Source: Arenicellales bacterium (GTDB taxonomy: Bacteria > Pseudomonadota > Gammaproteobacteria > Arenicellales > JAJDZL01). Taken from it: DNA of 64,000 bases. The stretch covers positions 984,009 through 1,048,008 of the forward strand of contig OZ243980.1 in assembly GCA_965214875.1 (NCBI GenBank), written 5' to 3'. The translations under genes and the position numbers were made by a program. The notes under the pieces are model-generated. The model did no database searches. It was not told where the DNA came from and worked only from the letters and a program-made list of their open reading frames with translations. Positions within the stretch are counted from its first letter, which is position 1, and each line of letters opens with the position of its first letter. Positions 57,765-64,000 of this stretch are shown in pieces.

Positions 57765-59369
57765 TCAGCGGTCTGCCAAAATCATGTCGGATGCTTTTTC
57801 AGCAATTGCAGCGACAGGCGCATTGGTATTGCCTGAGGTAATGGTTGGCATGATCGACGCATCGACGACTCTGATGCCGTTCAGTCCATGCAAGCGCAAT
57901 CGTTCGTCAACGACCGAAAATTTGTCGGATTCTGGCCCCATTTTGCAGGTGCCGACTGGATGATAGATCGTCTCTCCGATTGATCGTGCGCAATCCAGAA
58001 GCTGCTCGTCTGACTGGATGTGCATGCCGGGCAATTTTTCTTCAACGATAAATTTGCTCATTGCTTTGCTGTAGACGATTTTGCGGGAAACGCGCATTGC
58101 TTCGACAACAACTTCCTGATCTAGATTCGAACTTAAGTAGTTCGGATAGATTAGAGGGTAGTCTTCAGGGTTCGGCGACGAAAGCTCGATAGTGCCTCGG
58201 CTTTCCGGACGAAGCTGAGTGACTGAAGAGGTGATTCCGGGAAAGTCATGTACGCCTTCGCCCGGATTGTCCGTACTTAAGGGCTGGAAATGGAATTGTA
58301 TGTCAGGCCGCTCGACTTGTTCTGAGGTCCTTGCAAAGATGCCGACTTGGCTGGCTGCCATTGTCATTGGACCGGAACGAAACAGCGCATATTTGACTCC
58401 GATTAGCGATTTTCGAAGCAGGCTGCTGATTTCGTTGTTCAGCGTGGGGACGTTGCACTTATAGACGGAACGAATCTGCAAGTGGTCGTGCAGGTTGCGT
58501 CCGACTCCCGGCATGTGCTTGACGGTCGGAATTTGGTGCGCTTGCAGCATTGAGGAATCGCCGATGCCGGAAAGCATTAGCAGTTGCGGTGAATTGATAG
58601 CTCCCGCGCTAATCACGATTTCCCGCTTCGCTGCAACCGTGTGGACTTTTCCATCATGAGATAGACTTACGGCATTGGCGCTTCCATCCGCAAACGAAAT
58701 CCGACGCGCTAGCGCATTGGTAGCGACATGCAAGTTGGGACGGGGTCGCGCTTTGCGCAAATAGCCCGCTGCAGTGCTGCATCTTAAGCCGTTTCGCGCA
58801 GTCAATTGATAATATCCGGCACCTTCTTGCTCAGCGCCGTTGAAATCGTCATTGCGAGGAATGCCGATCTCCACGGCACCGTCGATGAAGGCATCGCAGA
58901 CGTCTCTGCGCGTTCGCATATCGGATACTTTAAGCATTCCACCGATGCCGTGATGCGTGTCAGCTCCGCGCTCTTGATCTTCGCACTTGATGAAGTAGGG
59001 CAGCATTTCATCGAATGACCACCCGCGGTTGCCAAAACTAGTCCATTCGTCGAAGTCTTCCTTTTGTCCGCGAATGTAGATCAGTCCATTGATTGAACTA
59101 GATCCTCCCAGCAGCTTGCCGCGTGGCCAAGCGATGCTTCTTCCGTTTAGCCCGGAATCAGGCTGAGTTCGGTAGCACCAGTCTGTCTTCGGGTTGTGCA
59201 TCGTTTTGAAATAGCCTACGGGAATGTGAACCCAAGGGTTGTGATCTTTGCCGCCGGCTTCCAGCAGGAGAACTTTGTGGCTGGTTTTTTCTGAAAGGCG
59301 GTTGGCCAAGATGCAGCCAGCAGTGCCAGCTCCGATCACAATGTAGTCGTACGAATCAGAAAATTCCAT
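57765..59369 (-). CDS. GMC-family FAD oxidoreductase (choline-dehydrogenase-like)
   Basis: Has the N-terminal YDYIVIGAGTAGCILANRLSE FAD fold, the GMC signature GGSSSINGLIYIRG, and a C-terminal HPVGTCKMG block. The ATG at 59369 is preferred over the TTG at 59381. Confidence 0.9.
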   Translation of the reverse strand: MEFSDSYDYIVIGAGTAGCILANRLSEKTSHKVLLLEAGGKDHNPWVHIPVGYFKTMHNPKTDWCYRTQPDSGLNGRSIAWPRGKLLGGSSSINGLIYIRGQKEDFDEWTSFGNRGWSFDEMLPYFIKCEDQERGADTHHGIGGMLKVSDMRTRRDVCDAFIDGAVEIGIPRNDDFNGAEQEGAGYYQLTARNGLRCSTAAGYLRKARPRPNLHVATNALARRISFADGSANAVSLSHDGKVHTVAAKREIVISAGAINSPQLLMLSGIGDSSMLQAHQIPTVKHMPGVGRNLHDHLQIRSVYKCNVPTLNNEISSLLRKSLIGVKYALFRSGPMTMAASQVGIFARTSEQVERPDIQFHFQPLSTDNPGEGVHDFPGITSSVTQLRPESRGTIELSSPNPEDYPLIYPNYLSSNLDQEVVVEAMRVSRKIVYSKAMSKFIVEEKLPGMHIQSDEQLLDCARSIGETIYHPVGTCKMGPESDKFSVVDERLRLHGLNGIRVVDASIMPTITSGNTNAPVAAIAEKASDMILADR

Positions 59370-60097
59370 TGGGAGCTGCAAGTTGATCCGGATGTTTTTT
59401 CAGATAGTAACTTGGGCTTGGGAAGCGAAGATTATAAACCTGTCGAGGCAATTGGGGCATCACGCTTGCCTGCGCTCTTTGCCACGCCGAACGTAGCGAT
59501 TTCTCAAGATTTTATCAGTTGAGCACTAACGGCAAAACAAGTGACTTCATCATGCAGGACTTGAAGCACATTGCAAAATATGCCCGACTGCCGCGGAATC
59601 GCGAAAAGATTGTTCTTGAGCGAACTGTCGATGCGTTCTCGACCTGGCACCAGACGGCAAAGGAGCCCGCTCGATATGCCGAAGACATTGCAAGATCGTG
59701 TATTGCTGCACATTGCGCTTGTCCTAGCGTTTAATTGATCGAAGTCCGAACTTATATTTCAGAGCAGGCAAAAATCAATGATCGCTCCCGCATCACGTCG
59801 TTCAAGGGGACATCGTGCTAAGCCGTTCGCATCCAGTCGCGGCGCACTCCATCGGAATATTTCGATTCGAATAGGAATCTAATGGGAACGTTGTCAAGAT
59901 CGATAGCCTAGCGGCTCGCAAAGCTGGCGCTGTAACAAATTTCGATGCCTAGCGATGAGACTTAGACTACCGAATTTCAAAGTGATTTCTCATCACCGAA
60001 AAACCGGGCTATCGACTTGGTCCGATCAAAAAGCCATCTCAATGAATGTTAACTGGCGCGCACAAGGCCAGCGAATAGTTCATTAGCCTTTTTTAGC

Positions 60098-60952
60098 TTA
60101 GGTGGGCCGAATCCCCCGGAGCCTTTCGCTTCGTCGGCGTAGCAATTCAATGGTCGCGAGCAATGCCACGGAGACTAGCACCAGCATCGTGGCAACTGCA
60201 AGTATCGTGGGACTGATGTGCTCGCGGATTCCAGAAAACATTTGCCAAGGGATGGTTCGTTGTTGGAAGCTTCCAACAAACAGAATTACGACAACCTCAT
60301 CGAACGATGTGATGAAAGCGAACAATGCACCTGAAATGACGCCTGGCAAGATCAAGGGCACAATCACCTTGAAGAAGGTGGTGGTTCCGTCGGCACCGAG
60401 ACTGGCTGACGCACGAATCAAGCTGCGATCAAATCCCACCAATGTCGCCGTGACCGTAATGACGACAAACGGTGTGCCAAGCGCAGCGTGCGCGAGGATT
60501 ACGCCGATGTGCGTGCCTTGCAAGTTGATTCTTGAATAGAAAAAGAACATCCCGCACGCCGAGATGATCAGAGGAACGATCATCGGAGAAATCAGAATCG
60601 CCATCAGCGCGGTTCGGTAGGGCACATGCCGGCGACTCAACCCAAGTGCCGCCACTGTTCCCAGAGTCGTTGCGATTAGCGTCGAAAATACCGCAATAAT
60701 AAAACTGTTGTTGACCGCCCCGCGCCAATTTAAATTGGTGAAGAAATCCTCGTACCAGCGCAAGGAATAGCCGGCGGGGTCGAATGTCAGCATTTCTTGC
60801 GTGAAGGTGAAGAACGGAACAGCGTTGAACGAAAGCGGAATAATGACCAGTATCGGAAAAATCAGAAACAAGAATATCAGACCGCAAATCAGGCGAAACG
60901 CATAGTGCCAAGCCTTTTCGGTCAAGCTAAGGTATGGGGGGAACTTTTGCAT
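60098..60952 (-). CDS. ABC transporter permease (PotC/PotI-like)
   Basis: 284 aa with six TM helices and a binding-protein-dependent transport inner-membrane component pattern. Confidence 0.85.
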   Translation of the reverse strand: MQKFPPYLSLTEKAWHYAFRLICGLIFLFLIFPILVIIPLSFNAVPFFTFTQEMLTFDPAGYSLRWYEDFFTNLNWRGAVNNSFIIAVFSTLIATTLGTVAALGLSRRHVPYRTALMAILISPMIVPLIISACGMFFFYSRINLQGTHIGVILAHAALGTPFVVITVTATLVGFDRSLIRASASLGADGTTTFFKVIVPLILPGVISGALFAFITSFDEVVVILFVGSFQQRTIPWQMFSGIREHISPTILAVATMLVLVSVALLATIELLRRRSERLRGIRPT

Positions 60953-60953
60953 G

Positions 60954-62231
60954 CTAGCCGAGTTTGATGTTGTTGATGCCTACAATCTTGTCGTATAGCA
61001 GATAGAGAACCAGAACGATTCCAAGCAATATGACGCCAAGAGCTGCCGCCAGCCCCCAATTCAAAGAGGTTGATACGTGATAGGCGATCAGATTGCTGAT
61101 GAATGTCCCCGACGTGCCACCGACCAGCGCTGGTGTGATGTAGTAGCCAATTGCGAGGATGAATACCAGAATCGCGCCCGCGCCAATGCCCGGTACCGTA
61201 TTCGGCGCGTAGATTTTCCAGAACGCCCTGAAAGGGTGGGAGCCTAGCGACACTGCCGCTCGCATATAGCTCGGCGGTATTGTCTTCATGACGCTGTAAA
61301 GCGGAAGCACCATGAAAGGCAGCAATATGTGCGTCATGGCAATGATTGTTCCCGTTGCGTTGTGGATCATTTGCAGGCGATTGTCCGTGTCGATTACGTT
61401 CAGCAGCACGAGAATGTCATTGATGACACCTTGACTTTGCAACAGAGCAACCCAGGCGGTTGTACGAACAAGAAGCGATGTCCAAAATGGCAGGAGCACC
61501 AGTATGAGAAGCAAATTCCCGGTTCGCGATGGAAGAGTCGCCAGCAAATAGGCAATTGGATAGCCCAAAATCAGCGTTAGCAGCGTGATAAGGGCGCTCA
61601 AATAGAGTGTCTTGGCAAAAAGTTCGAGATAGATTCGCTGCTCATCTTCCATCAACTCCACACTGCCGTCCGGCGCGACTTGCAAGTCGACCGCGCCGAG
61701 GAAGTATCCGGCCGTGTAGTCGGAACTGAAGGTTTTGATCAGCTGCCAGGTTTCGATTTGTCCCCACTTCCTATCCTGCTCTATGACTGCTTCTTTGTAG
61801 GGACCGGTTTTGTCCAGTCTGGATATTCGGCGTTGCGCCTTGCGAAACAGGCTGTTCATGCCTGGCTTTTCGTAGTTAAGACGCTTGCCGACGCGAGTGA
61901 TCACCTTGTTCGGGGCGCCTTCCTGAATATCAAGAACGAGTGCTTCGAAAACGTTCTCGCCGGGAAGTTCGTTGGATGTTGCATCCCATTGTTTGAGCTC
62001 TTCGGTGGTTCGCGGCAAATAAGTTGAAACGATAGGATCTTCAATGCTGCGCCACAGCATGTCGCCGATTGGGATCAGGAATGTGATGGCGATGAAGAGA
62101 AAAAGCGGAGCGACAAGCATCAGTGACCTGAGCTTTTCGCGTCTTAAAGCGCGCGCCAGGGACGTTTTCAGAGGTGTCCCGTCGACTGTTGTCAGCATTT
62201 CTGCTGGCGGAGCGCTTCCTGCTTGTGCCAT
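60954..62231 (-). CDS. ABC transporter permease (PotB/PotH-like, with a large N-terminal loop)
   Basis: 425 aa. The C-terminal ~270 aa are PotB-like (RAAVSLGSHPFRAFWKIYAPNTVPGI is an EAA-type loop). There is an extended periplasmic loop after TM1. Confidence 0.85.
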   Translation of the reverse strand: MAQAGSAPPAEMLTTVDGTPLKTSLARALRREKLRSLMLVAPLFLFIAITFLIPIGDMLWRSIEDPIVSTYLPRTTEELKQWDATSNELPGENVFEALVLDIQEGAPNKVITRVGKRLNYEKPGMNSLFRKAQRRISRLDKTGPYKEAVIEQDRKWGQIETWQLIKTFSSDYTAGYFLGAVDLQVAPDGSVELMEDEQRIYLELFAKTLYLSALITLLTLILGYPIAYLLATLPSRTGNLLLILVLLPFWTSLLVRTTAWVALLQSQGVINDILVLLNVIDTDNRLQMIHNATGTIIAMTHILLPFMVLPLYSVMKTIPPSYMRAAVSLGSHPFRAFWKIYAPNTVPGIGAGAILVFILAIGYYITPALVGGTSGTFISNLIAYHVSTSLNWGLAAALGVILLGIVLVLYLLYDKIVGINNIKLG

Positions 62232-62328
62232 AGAACCTTAAGGCGTTTTGGGTTGATGGGTTCGGCAGCCGGTGGCGGGGTGTTCGATTCGACACCCCGC
62301 CACTAACTTATCATGTTTCGAGACGGAT

Positions 62329-63426
62329 CTAGCTTTGGAGCCAGGAATTGAACTGCTCGTTCAGGTCGTCTCGGTTGTCAGCCCACCATTCATAGTTGAA
62401 CAGCAATGTCTTTACAGCATTTTCAGGCGCTGTAGGCATGTGCGGACCCATTTCGATTCCAAGCGTTGCATGCGTGCCAACCAACGGTGCCGACGACTTT
62501 CGAGTCGGGCCGTAGGAGATGAACTTCGCCTGGTCGGCTAGCCGCTGGGTGTCTGTGGCGAATCGGAGAAACTTCAGCACTTCTTCCTGATGCGGACCGC
62601 CGACCGGAACGACCCAGCCGTCAAGGTCAAAAAGCTGCCATTCCCACATCATTGAGATCGGCTGTTTTTCCTCTTCAATCGCTGAGAAAAGTCGACCGTT
62701 GTACGCGGATGCAATTACTACTTCTCCGTCAGCTAGAAGCTGCGTCGGCTGCGCACCCGTTTCCCACCACACGACGCTGTCCTTAACGGTGGCTAGCTTT
62801 TTGAATGCACGATCTCTGCCTTCCTCTGTATCGAGAGCGTCGTAGATATCGTCAGCCGGAACGCCATCTGCAATCAACGCCCATTCGAGATTGCCAATCG
62901 GTCGTTTTTCCAGCGACCGTTTTCCAGGGATGTCGCTCAGGTTGAACACATCGACGATCCCTTCAGGGGCTCTGGAGACCAGATCATGACGGTAGCCAAA
63001 AGTGGTCGAGTATACGATCTGGGGAATGAAGCAGGGCGAGACGATCAAATCGCCAAAATCTTCTGTTGCCGGAGTGCCATCAGGCGCAGGCGCCAATACC
63101 GTGTCGTGGTCGATTTCCAAAACCAGCCCTTCATCGCAAAGAGCAATGGCATCGGCGGCGACCGCATCTAGCAACGCCCAAGTCACATTGCCGGCCTCAC
63201 TTTGAGCGCGCAGTTTAGACTTGCCTTCGGCGGCGGAATCGTCATTGACAATTGTGACACCGGGATTCATGGCCATATAGGGTTCGTGGTAGGCATTTTG
63301 CTGACTCGCCGTGTATGCTCCGCCCCAAGAAACCACTACTAGCTCTTGGGCCTGAACCGCACCGATTCCAGCGATTCCGAAAAGCATGCTCAGAAAGCCT
63401 GCAGTTAAGCCTTTGATTGTTTTCAT
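62329..63426 (-). CDS. ABC transporter substrate-binding protein (PotD/PotF-like, family 1)
   Basis: Has a signal peptide (MKTIKGLTAGFLSMLFGIAGIGAVQA) and GGAGG 8 nt upstream of the ATG at 63426. Its sequence and length are Pot-like. Confidence 0.85.
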   Translation of the reverse strand: MKTIKGLTAGFLSMLFGIAGIGAVQAQELVVVSWGGAYTASQQNAYHEPYMAMNPGVTIVNDDSAAEGKSKLRAQSEAGNVTWALLDAVAADAIALCDEGLVLEIDHDTVLAPAPDGTPATEDFGDLIVSPCFIPQIVYSTTFGYRHDLVSRAPEGIVDVFNLSDIPGKRSLEKRPIGNLEWALIADGVPADDIYDALDTEEGRDRAFKKLATVKDSVVWWETGAQPTQLLADGEVVIASAYNGRLFSAIEEEKQPISMMWEWQLFDLDGWVVPVGGPHQEEVLKFLRFATDTQRLADQAKFISYGPTRKSSAPLVGTHATLGIEMGPHMPTAPENAVKTLLFNYEWWADNRDDLNEQFNSWLQS

Positions 63427-63763
63427 TACGTGTCCTCCAAATAAATGCAATGTGGCTAATAGCCCAATTTGAGAAATCTTTTATACCACATTAAGTATTA
63501 TTATGAGAAATTTTGCATGTCCCGAAGTTGGCAGCTTTGGAAGATGGTCCGCTTTGATCAGGCACGATAGGCGCCGGACCGGGTGAATCGGCGTGTTTGC
63601 ATCCGGAATCGTTCCAGATGGTCCGCATGGCACTCGCAGACCGCAAGATGGTTTCGATGCCCTGCGTCTTGACAAGTGCCTGAAAGCCGAATATGCGGCT
63701 GCTAATTTTCACATGCCGGCCTGAATTGATTGCTTAACGAATTGCCAAAGGTGACAAATACGC

Positions 63764-64000
63764 ATGAATAATAATCGACAACACGGAGCGATGGAGTTTT
63801 CGACTCCGCCGGTTGACCTTGAAATTGTCCGGCGCTACCGCTTATCGAGAGTGCGCGAGCAGCTCCGCGCGCGAGATCTCGCCGGTGCGCTGCTGTTTGA
63901 CCAACTGAACACGCGCTACGTTACAGATGCGACGAATATGCAAGTTTGGTGTTCGCACTATGAGGCGCGAGCAGTCTTCGTGCCGTGCGAGGGCCCTGTC
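63764..64000 (+). CDS. M24-family metallopeptidase-fold protein, DddP-like N-terminus (3' end beyond window)
   Basis: The reading frame is open from ATG 63764 to the window end. ...RYRLSRVREQLRARDLAGALLFDQLNTRYVTDATNMQVWCSHYEARAVFV resembles, from memory, the DddP / creatinase-like N-domain (LLMFDPLNIRYATDSTNMQLW). Confidence 0.6.
   Translation, partial: MNNNRQHGAMEFSTPPVDLEIVRRYRLSRVREQLRARDLAGALLFDQLNTRYVTDATNMQVWCSHYEARAVFVPCEGPV

Overview
A 64-kb chromosomal window from a moderate-GC proteobacterium. The blocks ilvI-ilvH-ilvC-psd-pssA...leuA and mltD...methyltransferase-rnhA-dnaQ suggest a beta/gamma-proteobacterium, by recollection of gene order. Most of the window is housekeeping or transport: a 5'-truncated choline-sulfatase-like gene plus a TRAP transporter, lpxH, cysS, a CUT2-type sugar ABC importer, a LamB/BCCP/biotin-carboxylase/KipI/KipA five-gene cluster, a LysR regulator, ilvIHC, psd, pssA, type III glutamine synthetase, leuA, a family-4 UDG, mltD, rnhA, dnaQ, a 10-gene Mrp-like antiporter operon, an amidase, an M19 dipeptidase, a GMC oxidoreductase, a Pot-like ABC importer and a 3'-truncated DddP-like M24 gene. 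No rRNA, tRNA or CRISPR array was found. Four accessory or unexplained patches stand out. (1) 17.0-19.4 kb holds a COG1373-type AAA+/DUF4143 ATPase next to a GC-rich coiled-coil PD-(D/E)XK-like gene, and both carry a D...EVK motif. (2) 24.7-31.2 kb is an insertion between pssA and leuA. It contains glnN, an orphan STAND-like P-loop NTPase bracketed by paralogous gene fragments, a decayed deoxyinosine-glycosylase gene and a decayed IS481-like element. That element abuts a Leu-rich leader peptide/attenuator of leuA. (3) 45.3-54.2 kb holds a bacterial SABATH-like methyltransferase, hipBA with duplicated 21-bp operators, a ~950-aa gamma-class N6-adenine methyltransferase with type IIG-like architecture, an amidase and a second decayed IS copy carrying a 47-bp hairpin insertion. 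(4) 55.3-57.8 kb holds two unrecognisable genes in an operon with the M19 dipeptidase. My best candidates for an undescribed system are the ATPase/nuclease-like pair at 17.0-19.2 kb, the methyltransferase-hipBA islet, and the dipeptidase-linked unknown pair. None of these can be confirmed without database or structure searches.
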